A stretch of DNA of 64,000 bases from Rhina ancylostomus. Taxonomy: Eukaryota. The DNA is taken from positions 20,645,446 to 20,709,445 of the forward strand of contig JARFYF010000050.1 in NCBI GenBank assembly GCA_030265395.1, given 5' to 3'. A program made the translations under genes and the position numbers. This document shows positions 1 to 12,790 of the stretch, piece after piece (positions within the stretch are counted from its first letter, which is position 1; every line of letters starts with the position of its first letter). The notes beneath the pieces are model-generated. The model did no database searches and had not been told where the DNA came from. It worked only from the letters and a program-made list of their open reading frames with translations.

Positions 1-69
1 GGGATTTGGCTCCTTGAACATTTTGGGGTATTCAATATTTAGGAAGGACTGGTATAAAGGAAAAGAAAA

Positions 70-240
70 ATAAAAACCTACAGATGCTGGAAATCTGAAA
101 TAAAAACAGGAAATGATGGAAAAACTTGGGTCAGTCAGAAACATCAGAAGAGTCTTCAGACTAAGACATTAACTGTTTTTCTTTCCACAGAGGCTGCTTG
201 ACCCGCTACGTTTTTCTAGCATTCCCTGTTTATTTTATAT
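70..240. repeat. Short fold-back (inverted-pair) copy of the abundant Penelope-associated pLTR/SINE-like repeat
   Basis: Left arm aaataaaaacaggaaatgatggaaaaac pairs imperfectly with right arm gtttttctagcattccctgttttattt. The motif cagatgctggaaatctg recurs at 10920, 13970, 17670-17720 and 43740-43860. Confidence 0.6.
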
Positions 241-2739
241 AAAAGAAAAGGAGTTGGGCAGTGTCGCTAGTTGAAGAGGAAATTAATGCAATGTCAGCTG
301 AAATAATATGGTATCTGGAAATAAAGAGCTAAGAAATGCCAAGAGGCAGAAAATATTAGTAGGAGTTATGTACAAACTATGCAGACCAAATTATCTTTGG
401 CACCTTATCAAATGCCATCTGAAAATTGAAGTATGGTATATACCCAGGTGCCCCTTTATCTATAGCACACTGAGAACTTCAATGAATTGGTCAAATCTGT
501 TTACAAAACCATCTTGACTTTGCACGATGACTTTCAATTTTTTCTGGCCTGCTAGAACACCTTCAATGATAGTTCCTTGCATTTTCCCTATGACAGACCA
601 TCAAAGCCAATTAGCGAGTAGCTTCCTCCTGTCTCCCTCCATTTTTGAATAAAAGAGTTACATTTGCTCATTTTCCAAGGAAATGGAACCTATTCCATCA
701 GCCATTACCTTTAGGACCCTAGGATGAAGCCCATCCACATGTTAGCCCACAGCTCCAACAATTTTCTATGTACCATTTCCCTGGTATTGTGATTTTCCAG
801 AGTTCCTCAGCAACTTTTTATGTTTGTTATGTCAGCACTCAAGAGTGAATTAGTAAATTATACACACATGTAATGATATGAACCCATTTATCCAACTCAC
901 AGAGCAGGATGTATGGTCAGATGGTATTTGAATTCCACTGTAGCAGTGGCAATAATGACATTTTTATTGATTTAGTATCACTGATTGAATGTGCAGTGTT
1001 CATGAGAAGAAATAAATGAAATAGTAACACCTTGCTGAATAAAAAAATCAATAAAAGTTCCTGTAAATCAATAATAGGATATAATTACAATAATAAAAAA
1101 GAAATCAATTGTAAATAATACTTGAAATAGTTCCAACACTCTATCAGGACCTGGAGTTAAGGCCTGAACATTTTCAGACCTTTGCAAATGGTGATCCAGC
1201 CCTCACATCAATATTTCTGAAATTTGATATTCTGTCTGTTCACTGCACTGTTGAAAGGATACACAGCATCCAAAGATATTTATAATTATTTAGGTCACTT
1301 ATGCTCTGGATCTGTAGTGATTGAGTCGTACACCACAGAAACAGGATCTTTGGCCTGTCCATGCCAACTATCAAGAGCCCTTCCATACTAATCCCATTTA
1401 CCAGCAGTTGGCCCACCGCCTTCTATGCCATGGCAATTCAAGTGTTTATCTAGTTACTTNNNNNNNNNNNNNNNNNNNNNNNNNNNNNNNNNNNNNNNNN
1501 NNNNNNNNNNNNNNNNNNNNNNNNNNNNNNNNNNNNNNNNNNNNNNNNNNNNNNNNNNNNNNNNNNNNNNNNNNNNNNNNNNNNNNNNNNNNNNNNNNNN
1601 NNNNNNNNNNNNNNNNNNNNNNNNNNNNNNNNNNNNNNNNNNNNNNNNNNNNNNNNNNNNNNNNNNNNNNNNNNNNNNNNNNNNNNNNNNNNNNNNNNNN
1701 NNNNNNNNNNNNNNNNNNNNNNNNNNNNNNNNNNNNNNNNNNNNNNNNNNNNNNNNNNNNNNNNNNNNNNNNNNNNNNNNNNNNNNNNNNNNNNNNNNNN
1801 NNNNNNNNNNNNNNNNNNNNNNNNNNNNNNNNNNNNNNNNNNNNNNNNNNNNNNNNNNNNNNNNNNNNNNNNNNNNNNNNNNNNNNNNNNNNNNNTACCA
1901 AACATTTACTCATTAATAGTGTCAGGTTCCATCAGGCTGTCTGTTTAACATTAATGCCTCATATTCACAAATCGTATAAAAATTACAACCTTATTGGTCT
2001 CAACTAAGCTATGACTAGTAGAAATCCTACTGTATTGATTATAATCGACGGAGTTTTGTTATTAACACTAAATCTGAACAGACAAATTATTGGATCTGAC
2101 CTGATTTAAAGCTTTAAGCAATGAGCATGAAAAACTGAATAGCTGAATATTTTTTTCTCTCATTAGGTAAATATGCCTGGAGCATGCAAAGTTATAGTAA
2201 CAGCGTTAACGAACATGGTAATCCAGAAAACAAAAGCCCATTCATTCTTCAGATTTGCACCAGACTTGAACTGTAAATTATGTATTCTCAGTTCCCTGTT
2301 GCTTCACAGTTTTCCTGTATTTGTACTGGAGTGAAAGTTCACCAAAAGGAAAGAAAACAGAAGATTTAGACATCTTGGCAGGCCAGGCTTGAGTGTCAGT
2401 CTGACCTATTGCTGCTTCTATTTTCGATGTCCTTATATTTTGATACACAGGAAATTGAAGGTGCCATCTTTCAACAACCAAATGCAAAGGTACAGAGACT
2501 GAACTGCCAGCTTTATACATAAGCAACATTACAGACTTTGAAACTATCTCAAATTATCTACATTTGCTGACAGCAGATAAATATCACAAATAAATACAGA
2601 GCAGTAAATCTGATTGGTGTTATGACCTTTGAAACTGTAATTTGACAATAAAATGTACATGGAGATAACAGCAGTTAAATTCCTTGTAGTAGCTTGTTTG
2701 AAAAGATAACATTTTGAAAGCTAAAACTTAAAGAATAAC

Positions 2740-3160
2740 AAGAAATGGAAGTAGGCCACTCGATCCCTCAACCCTATCCCACTGTTTAATATCATCAGGC
2801 CTCATCTCTTCTCTGCCAGNNNNNNNNNNNNNNNNNNNNNNNNNNNNNNNNNNNNNNNNNCTTACTGTTTAATTACCCCCAATGATCTAGCCTTCACAAC
2901 CCACTGTGTCAGAGAATTCCAGACATTCACCACCCTCTGCAAGAAATTCCTGCGCACCTCGGTTTAAATAAACATCCCCTAATCTTGGAACCACGTCCCC
3001 TTGTTCAAGATTCTCCCACTTGTGGAAACATCTTGGCATCCATCCTATCACGCTTCCTGAGGATCTCATGCTTCAGATCACTCCTTACTCTTCCGAGCTC
3101 CACAGACTACAAATCTAACTTCTTTAGCTGCTGGTGATAGGACAACCATCTCATCCCAGG
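2740..3160 (-). mobile_element. CR1-like LINE 3' fragment
   Basis: Reverse complement resembles a CR1 3' end (cagagaattccagacattcaccaccctctg; gaagtaggccactcgatccctc). Similar copies at 6860-7130 and 8890-9150. Boundaries approximate. Confidence 0.55.
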
Positions 3161-5373
3161 GAAGTGATTATTCTCGCAACAGCTTCAGATGTAATAGCAA
3201 GAAATTAAGCAACAAATGTTCTATATCCTTCACAACATATATATCACATATTTGAGCTGCGAAACAATTGAAAAGCCAAATTCTCCTTCCAATTGTCATA
3301 TTTCCTGAGACATGCATCCCATTTTACTGCTGAGCTTCCCATGTCATAACCATCCTCAGAGGCTTTTGCAAAGAAGTGGTGCAGGTAAAATGACCCATTC
3401 ACTTCCCAACATTTACATTGGTGGCAATTGGAAACCTTAGGCCTCCGAGTATTCCACTCCTGCCCAGTGATGCAAGATTCAAGTTTATTCAGTAGGGAAC
3501 AATGCACATCCAGCAAGCAGATACCTCACATCAAGCAATCAACATTGTGGCCAGCAGAAATGGGGCAGCAAGTCCCCATTTTAAATGGCTTCCTCCCAGA
3601 TTGAAATTAACCCCTATAGTTGGTATTGTTATTGCAACTTCCAGAATACATTGAGCGAGTAACCCACCACTGTGAATACAATTTGAGAAGATTATCAACA
3701 GATGCCACACAGAATATCCCTTTAAACTGAATAGTCGTAAAAATGATGCATATAACACTCCCAAAGTTCCATGGCACATTTTTCCTAATTCTAAGAATTG
3801 CACTGGTCAATTGAAGTGGATGTTGCCAATACAAAACCTTTTGCAGGTCTGAGCTTTTCAAAGTCAATCACAAACTACTTACTGTTGCTGACACTATTAT
3901 TTTGTGCAGTAAAGTTCACATCTGTTAATTAGTTTATGGAGTGGTGCAAAGTTTATCTAGCTCCAAATTGTCCTTATTAGAATTTTGCTTTATCTGGGGC
4001 TAACAAGGTGATGTTTTAATCAGTAAAAAAATACATGACAGTGCAATTTGTCTTTTAGGTACAGGAGATGATATTCCAGACTGTCAACTTTCCTGTGTGT
4101 CCACAGCATATTTCACACAAATTGCTTTCTTCCAGTTCCTTCTGACCCAACAGCACAACATTGGAACAAAGTGTAATTGCATCCATTATTTTGAAGTTTC
4201 CTTTATCAATGCAGATTATTTAGGGAGTCACTGTACTTGCTAACCTTCCTGCTGTGAAATAGATATAAAATGGTACTTTGTAACATAAATTACAATACTC
4301 TAATTACCTTGAATAGCATTTTCATTGAAATCTCTTACCTGATCTGATCACCTGATTATCATCTGATTGTAATGATGTTATAATTGCAAATCAGCAAAAT
4401 TACAAATTTATCTTTAAGTCATTTGCACCTTACTGGTTTGTGATGCCTTTGCTGGAAATCCCATTCTTTTTAAGTATTGGAGAAGCTCAAGATACATCTT
4501 AAATTTGTGATTCCAACAGCGGCCCACTTGGAGTCAGTGCAGTCTGCTCGAACTATCAGAATCCTAAATGGATCACAGTGCTTTAATACATGCCTCTTCA
4601 TCTTAAAAAGTGCTGGATATACTAAGTGCTAAATTGTTGGTCATTTTTGGTTGCACGATGAAGTGAGCCAAGGGGCATGGATTCGTGCAAAATGGAAATT
4701 TGTCATCTGGTCCATTGTGCCTCAGCAGGCTCTTTGAGAGAAGTACTGTATGGTCTCGCACACCCTAAAATCTGTAATCAAAAGAACTTCCTCATCTTCA
4801 AGTACCTGTGAAAAGCACTTTTAAAATCATCTATGGAATTAACTTCCACAATTTTTAAGAGATAACGTTCTACATTTCAAGACCTCAACAAAAAGCAATG
4901 GCTTCCCTCCTGATCCTCTCCACGATATTCCTTCTCATTCTGAATGAACACACAAAATGGAAAGATTTCCTTTCCTTCCCACTTACTGACAATCCACCTC
5001 ATTCTATGGCAACATAGAAATCTTACATGTTCTGCTTTGTTTTAGAAACATGATGTGTATAGCTTTAGACCCAGAATCAATTAATTTCTAACCGAGCTGT
5101 TATGAAAAAAGATACTTAGAGATGGACAAAAATCTTACCTAAAGATTACAATCTGGTTTATTTTTTACCTGTCCAATTTGTCTTACATATATAAACATAC
5201 ACATACTTAAACCATGCTTCAGATGATTATAAAACACCTGGCAAACCTACTTAAGTAACTATTATTCAGCAGGCAATAATTTTCTTGCCATAGAGGCATA
5301 AGCCATCAAAATCCTGTACAAGAGGACAAATATCACACAGCTATGATTATATGGCTCTAATCTCGAATACAGC

Positions 5374-5462
5374 TACTCCAAAGTGAAAACTATAAATTGA
5401 CTTGTTGCAAAATGTTTTTTTGGCAATGAAGATTTATGTCAGGATAAGATAAGGCTATATAA
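5374..5462 (+). promoter_or_regulatory. ENPP7 proximal promoter: TATA box with tandem GATA, CDX-like and HNF4-like sites
   Basis: TATATAA at 5456-5462, about 70 nt before the ATG. GATAAGATAA at 5443-5452, TTTATG near 5433, tccaaagtga near 5377. Motif matching by eye only. Confidence 0.55.
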
Positions 5463-5531
5463 GCTCTACTTTCTGCTAGTGAACATTTCATTTCTGTGTT
5501 CCTGGTTGCAACACTGTGACTGACAGAAGTC

Positions 5532-5781
5532 ATGGGAATATATTCTGTCTTATACTTGGGCCTTTCACTATCACTGACATTCAGTCTTCCTCTCTTCAGA
5601 GGTGAAAAGAAAAGTCGAAACAAACTACTACTTATATCCTTTGATGGTTTTCGTTGGAATTATGATCAAGACGTTAAAACTCCAAATTTTCAAAAGCTAG
5701 TCAAAGAAGGTGTAAAGGCAAAATACGTCACACCTCCCTTCATTACAATAACCTCTCCGTCTCATTTCACTCTGGTAACTG
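5532..5781 (+). CDS. ENPP7: ENPP7 (alkaline sphingomyelinase) coding exon 1
   Basis: Signal peptide MGIYSVLYLGLSLSLTFSLPL, then KLLLISFDGFRWNYDQDV and the catalytic-Thr motif TITSPSHFTLVTG. Donor G|GTAAGT at 5782; 250 nt, phase 1. Confidence 0.95.
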
Positions 5782-6267
5782 GTAAGTCGACTTGAATCAG
5801 TTTCAGTTTGTCTATAACATGTCTCGTTAGATTGCTACAAAATCAAATGGATTGAAGAACAACTAAATTATCCAAATGTTTTCCAGGAAAAGTACCAACC
5901 ATTGAAATTAATGTGTAATCCACAGCTGACTGCATATTTTGATATACCTTTTAATTATGGATATTAAGGGTAATTTCATCTGGTTGGGAAGATGCTTTTT
6001 GTAATTTTTGCTTAAATACTTATACATTATTATTACAATTCCAATATGAACAAAAGAACTTATCAGCCAAAAAAATTTCTGCATAAAATTTGACTAAAAA
6101 GTAGAGCTTTATGATTAAATAAAAAAGGTAGAAGTTGATGATCAGTGTGTAAATACTGAAATCCCAAAAAGATATTATTCAGCAATTGCCTCACTGGTTG
6201 TAAATCTTGACTTGTACATCAATCACCAATAGAGAATAAGAAAATATATATATGCTATTTTCTAAAG

Positions 6268-6413
6268 GAAGATATGTGGAGTCTCACGGAGTGATCCATA
6301 ACATGTGGTTCAATACCACCAGTGGACTGAAAAAGTCATATTACCAGACACAAAGTGTCAATGAATACTGGGACAATGGAAGTCTTCCTATCTGGATCAC
6401 AGCCCAGCGCCAG
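6268..6413 (+). CDS. ENPP7: ENPP7 coding exon 2
   Basis: AG acceptor at 6266-6267. Encodes (G)RYVESHGVIHNMWFNTT...WDNGSLPIWITAQRQ. Donor CAG|GTAAGG; 146 nt, frame-compatible with exon 1. Confidence 0.95.
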
Positions 6414-6859
6414 GTAAGGCATAAACTTTGTAGTATTGCAACTAAATCCATGCAAATGAAAGCAGTACACGTGATAACAACTGTAATATGGACCCATGAA
6501 GGGCACACCAGTCCCTTCACGCTCTGTAATAAAGCCATTAAAAATTAAAACATCATTCTGGTGGCAAACTCCAGTGATCCCCTTAAAAGCAGCTGGCTTG
6601 ACTCTTCAGAACATTGACTGTGGCATGTGCGACACATGCTGTGGGGATAAGCCACAAACAAATTGTGCAACGGGTGTCTTGCAAAAGACCCAAACCTAGT
6701 TTCTTCCACATTCCTTCAGTGCCTGTGCAATGCCTTTCCCAGCATGGTAAACATCACACATCTGTCGTGGAACAAGTGCACATGCCATTCATCCATGTTG
6801 GTACCTTGGATGCAAGCTGTACACACACAATGGGCATTATGCAATTCATTTTAGAACAT

Positions 6860-7130
6860 AAGAAACGGGAGCAGAAAGAGATGATACAAGCTTTGAGATA
6901 ACATTATTCATGAGCATCTTGGCTGATCCAATATTTCATCCACTTTCCTGCCTGATCTCCATAATCCCTTGATCCCTTTGTTATTCAAAAATCTATTGCT
7001 CAATTGTCTTGAATATATTCAACAACTGAGCATCCACAGCTGTCTGAAATAGAGAATTCCTAAGATTTACAACTCTCCGAGTAAAGACATTTTTCCTTAT
7101 CTGTCCTAAATGACAAACTCCTTATCCTGA
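6860..7130 (-). mobile_element. CR1-like LINE 3' fragment
   Basis: agaacataagaaa start and ...tagagaattcctaagatttacaactctc, similar to the 2740 and 8890 copies. Confidence 0.5.
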
Positions 7131-8019
7131 ATATTTCAATGGCTACAATTTTTTTTTACGAAGGTTATGCAAACACAGCAGAAATGGACTGTATTTATCT
7201 AAAAAAGTCCATTGTCCATGCTTGTGACAAACTTCTTTAAAAACATGCTGTTACATACTTAGACAGGAAATGGCTCTTTAATATTCTAGAGCAGTATTAG
7301 AACTGCCTCAGGGACTGAATTCGCCAAATGTAGATCTTCATAACCTAGCACTGATGGGTTCAATTATGTACATATCAATGAAATGACTATAATCTTTAAG
7401 TTAGGCATAATTCATATGGAAGGTTCTACAAAGAACATTTTTAAAAATACAAAAATTTTCAAGGATGAAAATAACATTTTCATATGGAAAATGGAAATGG
7501 TTCTTTTAAAAATCTCTTTGGCAAGCCTATTTTTACACTGAAAAGCACAGATCAGAAGCTACTGTAAAAAATCCACCAAGGCATATCAAATTTACACTGC
7601 CTGAGTCCTGTGCCTGAGCAAGACTTCAAATGCCATGCCTAGAAGAATGTATCCATGACTAATCAGACGTAGGCTTGACTCTTTCCCGAGGATAATGTTT
7701 ACTTCTGGATTTTGGGGCAATCCTGCATTTTAAACTTAAAAATTAATGCCAAGTATGTTTCAGAAGTTTATTAGATCCATAAAAGCTTGTAAACCAAGTT
7801 TGGCACCACAATGGATTTACATTACTAGTGGTGCCAAACCAAAATAGAACTTCTCCAAGGAGACCAGCTATCACTATTCTCCCTGGAATTAGATCAGGTC
7901 CCTAACTATAATCTGCAATTTTGGCAGATAAGCATGTTGTAAAAAAGGAGTATCAACGCACAGATATATAAATAGAGACTTCATTGACAGAACATTTCAT
8001 GCCAATTGTATTTCTAAAG

Positions 8020-8649
8020 GGTTTAAAGACCGGTTCTGTTCATTTCCCTGGGACCAAACCCAGCTACGAGGGAGAGAATATTTTCCTGAAAGTGGTGGAG
8101 CCTCCGATGTACAACTATAAGAACGAAACAGCCTGGAGAGAAAACATTGACATAGTAATGAAATGGTTCACCTTGGAGGATCTGGATTTTGTCACACTCT
8201 ACTTTGGTGAACCAGACGTCACAGGACACAGATACGGACCCGAATCACAGAACAGAAAAGCAGTGGTGCAAAAACTGGACAGAACACTAGGTTATTTAAT
8301 AGAAAGTATCGAGAGGTACAACTTGAAATCTCGACTCAATGTGATTATAACTGCGGACCATGGAATGACCACAGTGCTGAAAGAGCCAGCAGTGAATGAA
8401 ATTGTGCTATCAAGGTTCTCCAATTTTTCATTCAAAGACACTGATTTTGATTTAGTTGATTATGGACCCACTGCCATGCTTTTGCCCAAGCAGGGAAAGA
8501 TGGAAAAAGTGTACCAAGCTCTGAAAGGTGCCCATCCACATCTAAATGTTTTTAAAAAAGAAGATTTTCCAGAAAGATTACGATATTCCAAAAATGAAAG
8601 AATCCTCCCAATTATCATGTTTGGTGATCTCGGTTATGTTGTACATGGG
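8020..8649 (+). CDS. ENPP7: ENPP7 coding exon 3
   Basis: AAG|GGT acceptor. Encodes GLKTGS..YNYKNETAWRENID..TLYFGEPDVTGHRYGP..IITADHGM (Zn ligands)..AHPHL. Donor GGG|GTGAGT; 630 nt. Confidence 0.96.
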
Positions 8650-8889
8650 GTGAGTACTTGAACAGTATAACTGGTTTAAAATATTTAATCAGAACTGGGA
8701 AGGAGATAGCCATTAAGATTCATTATCTGACTATTATGGTTATCAACCATGAGACTGCAAAATAAAATAACATTCATGTCCTTCTATACCCTGACAAGTT
8801 ATATCTTTAATGTGCATTAATTAATGAAACATTAAATCAAGTTGTTACATTAATCCCAGAATTGCCAGACATATGCAAATAAATCAAGA

Positions 8890-9150
8890 ACATAAGCAAA
8901 TGGGAACAGGAGTAGGTCATGTGGCCCCTCAAGCCTGCCCCACTATAGGATATGATCATGGCTGATTTATACTGGCCTCAACTCCTCTTGTGTACCAATT
9001 CCTCAATCTTTTAAATATTTATCCATTTCCACCTCAAATATATCTAATGATCCCCAGGGGCACAGAAATCTAGTGATTCACTACCCTTTAAAAGAAGAAA
9101 TTTCTATATACCTTAGTTCTAAATGACCGGCTCCTTATTTTGTAACTTTG
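8890..9150 (-). mobile_element. CR1-like LINE 3' fragment
   Basis: gaacataagcaaatgggaacaggagtaggtcatgtggcccctcaagcctg...atgatcatggctgat, a typical CR1 3' UTR in reverse. Confidence 0.55.
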
Positions 9151-10904
9151 TAAAAGTGTCACAGCTCTTTCACCTTTTGTGGCTATCCTTTTTTAAATAA
9201 ATGTGCCTGTTTCTCCTCTAACTTGTCTGCCTGGCCCCCTCTCCCTTAAAACTCATGTTTTGTTTCGATCTCTTTTCCCACATCTCTGTCTCTAGCTTGA
9301 CATCTGTTTCCTTATTCATTTATGTTAATTTTATAAAATAAAGAAAACACAGCAAACCAACACTGCAAGTTGAGACCAGTTAAATGTAGGCCTTTAAAAA
9401 ATAGAACAGGGTTGAATTCAATCTCATTAATGTCAATTACAAACAAATGCATAAGGGACTCGTAGTATTTTTAAAAGCAGTTTCTCCACTAAACCCATGC
9501 TGATCACATCTGAACATTGTGCAATTGTAGTGCAACTTGTGCAGTTACTGTGGGACATTAACTAAATTCNNNNNNNNNNNNNNNNNNNNNNNNNNNNNNN
9601 NNNNNNNNNNNNNNNNNNNNNNNNNNNNNNNNNNNNNNNNNNNNNNNNNNNNNNNNNNNNNNNNNNNNNTTCTTATAGGTCACTTATAGACTGACCTTCC
9701 CAAAAATAGTGATAACACTACTGAAGGGCATAGGACATAATGGCTATTAATATAAATTGTGAATTGAGGGTTAAGGATTAACAATTAAAGAGTCATAAAT
9801 TTTCTAAAGAACAAAGGAAGTAAATGTAAACATAGCAGATTTTGCAAATAAAAAGCATTCATACCGAGCTTGTATGACAGAGGAGACTAGTTTACTCAAG
9901 AAAAAAAAATCACACCTTTTTTAAATTCCACTAAGCACAAAGCCAATGAAGTGCACTTAAATTAGATTGGATTAGGTGCAAAGAGGAGAATCTCAATTAA
10001 ATCCGATTCAGGCATTTTCTTCAATCAATAGATTTATCTTCCTCCTGGAATGCTCTTCCACATGTTCCTCAATCATTTCAAGCCTTCATTTGCATTGATA
10101 CACACATTTTCATTTAACTAGAATTCTACTTTAACAAGATAGAATTTTGGCAGTGAATCTGGACTATAGCAATAAGTCAAAGGGCAGGGACATACATAGA
10201 TTTCACTCCCCCACCCACCTATTCTCCTCCCTAATGGAGATACTGAAAACAGACCAGTTCAAACATTGGTTTCCAATTCCAAATCTTCAGATTTAAGGCT
10301 GTTCATCTCTTCAGTGGTATGCAACAGAATCAAAATACCTGCTGTGAATTTTTCACAGATATTTTAACGAATCAGCTAAATCACCCCTTAAATCGATGTT
10401 ACAAATGCCAGAATCTTATGTAAGAAAATTATAAATTTAAATGGAGACACAAGATACTGCATAGTCAGTCAGAGAGAAAGTTACCTGGAAAACTTTGTTC
10501 CAGGATGTAGTCACAACCTTTAGATTATGTACTGAAGAATTAGGCAATGAAGAGTAACAGAGGGTGTGACTATAAGTAAGGCAGATATGAGGATCTAGAC
10601 ATTGGTGTTGTTGGAGCCTTAGCCTTTGCATAGTCACATGGGACAGAAATGTGCCTTCCAGCCCAACATATTCATGCCAACCTTTTTGCCCATCTACTCT
10701 AATTCTATTTGCCTACATTAGGAAAATATCCTTTTATGCCTTGCCTATTTGAATGTCTGTCTAAATGCCTCTTAAACATAATAATTGTAACTGATTCCAC
10801 CCCCAAAAAGACATTTGGATAAGTCCAAGGATCGGAAAAGTTCAGAGGGTTATAGGCCAAACGCAGACAAATGGTGGGCACCTTGGTGAGTTGGGCTGAA
10901 GGAG

Positions 10905-11040
10905 ACACAAGAGAGACTCCAGATGCCGGAAATCTGAAGCAACACACATAAAATGCTGGAGGAACTCAGCAGGTCAGGCACCATCGATGGAAGGAAACGA
11001 ACTGTCAACATTTCGGGCTGAGACCCTTCTTCAGGACTGA
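10905..11040 (-). repeat. Penelope-associated repeat with a minimal hammerhead ribozyme core
   Basis: Minus strand reads cagtc-CTGAAGA-a-GGGTctcaGCCC-GAAA-tgtt-gacag (core 11011-11034), i.e. CUGANGA / stem II / GAAA with a flanking stem I. Confidence 0.65.
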
Positions 11041-11269
11041 AGGGCCTGTTTCTGTGCTTTATTACTCTATGACTCCGTGACACCTCCTCTGGCAGTGTGT
11101 TCCAGATATCAACCACTCTGTGTAAAGAACTTGTCCAGTAGATACAAAGTTCTTGCAGACTATGTGGTTTGCTATGTGGTTTGAGAGCAGCAACTACAAG
11201 ATGAATGTGCAGATTGACCACAGCACTGGGGATTGGTCCAGCTTGAGGAGTGAAATGAAATGTAGTGTT

Positions 11270-12790
11270 AATTGGGGATGGTGTTGCCAGGGAGGTAAAT
11301 GCTGTTTTCTACAGCTGTGTGCAGGAGTCCCGAAGGATATTCTGCTTCCCCAGTGTCAGGTTTAAGCATGTTTCATCAGGGCTTGAGAGAAAAGATGTAG
11401 TTGTAGTGGTTCATGAGGGAACCAATGATGTAAAAAGGACAAAGAGAAGAGATTCTGGTGAAGAGATATGAGCGGCTGATGTCCAAACCAAAAAGCAGAA
11501 CCACATGTTCTGGGTTATCACCTGAGCCAGAGCAAATAGGCACGGGGTAAATAAGGAAAAAAAAGAATGAATGGATCAATCAAAGACTGGTGCGGGAAAA
11601 GTTCACGGAACACTGGCACTGGTATTCCACTGTGAAGGGTTTGATTTGAGCTGGGGCAAGTGGCCTACTGAGTCAAAATAATTTGGTTTGTTGATACAGC
11701 TTTAAAGTAAGTTGTTACCAGTGGGGTGGGGGGAGGGGTGTTCTTTGAGTTAATTTGTTGGTGGCAAGGGTGGGAAATTTGNNNNNNNNNNNNNNNNNNN
11801 NNNNNNNNNNNNNNNNNNNNNNNNNNNNNNNNNNNNNNNNNNNNNNNNNNNNNNNNNNNNNNNNNNNNNNNNNNNNNNNNNNNNNNNNNNNNNNNNNNNN
11901 NNNNNNNNNNNNNNNNNNNNNNNNNNNNNNNNNNNNNNNNNNNNNNNNNNNNNNNNNNNNNNNNNNNNNNNNNNNNNNNNNNNNNNNNNNNNNNNNNNNN
12001 NNNNNNNNNNNNNNNNNNNNNNNNNNNNNNNNNNNNNNNNNNNNNNNNNNNNNNNNNNNNNGTGTCTTAACCCTAATATTAAAGATGGGGATAAAGAGAT
12101 CAGAAAAGATCATAGCTCAGAAAATCAAGAAATAGAATCAAATTGGGTGGAGTTAAGAAACAGCAAAGGCCCGAAAACATTGGTACGAGTTATATATTAG
12201 ACATCCATATGTATAGCACAGTAGATCAGAGGCACATGCAGCAAGAGCAAATCATAGTAACAAAGGACTTTAGACAGAAATTTGGCATAAGGAACAGTAT
12301 TAGTGCAGAAGATGAATTCATGGAGAGCATAAGGGATGGTTTTCTAGATCAGTATGTTAAGGAACCAATGAGGGAAAAGGCTCCTTTAGATTAAATTTTG
12401 TGTAATTATTAAAGGATAATTAATAGGCTTGAATTAAAGTGGTCATTAGGGAAGAATGATCAGAATATGATGGGATTTTATATAAAGATTGCAAGTAATT
12501 TATTTCACTCTAAAACCCAAGTTTTAAATATAAACAAAGCAAAACCACAGATGGTACGAGGTGTGAGTTGGTAAACCATATTTAAAGGTATGATTTAAAG
12601 GTAAACAAGTATTGGTCAACATTTAAAGAAGTAATGCTGACTTTACTAAAATGTATTTACCTTTTGAGGAAAAAAGAAACATGATAGGGAAAGTGGCAAA
12701 GCCATGGCTATCTAGAGAAGTTCAGGTTAGTATTCTATCAATGCAAAAGTCATAAAATATTGCCAGAAAACTATTAGGTCGGAGGATTGG
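11270..12790 (+). mobile_element. Degenerate CR1 LINE (ORF1 esterase-like and ORF2 endonuclease remnants), interrupted by an N gap
   Basis: Peptides VVVVHEGTNDVKR (SGNH-type GTND motif of CR1 ORF1) and FMESIRDGFLDQYVKEPMREKAPLD (CR1 endonuclease region); many stops. Confidence 0.7.

Noticed and set aside
1321-2007. Long ORFs here and at 11715-12135, 46020-46697 and 53753-54124
   Set aside because: They are artefacts of translating through N runs
2150-2660. Acceptor-like ttttttctctcattag at 2166, short open frames and downstream AATAAA; possible last exon of an upstream gene
   Set aside because: No recognisable protein motif in any frame and no partner exon, so it cannot be supported
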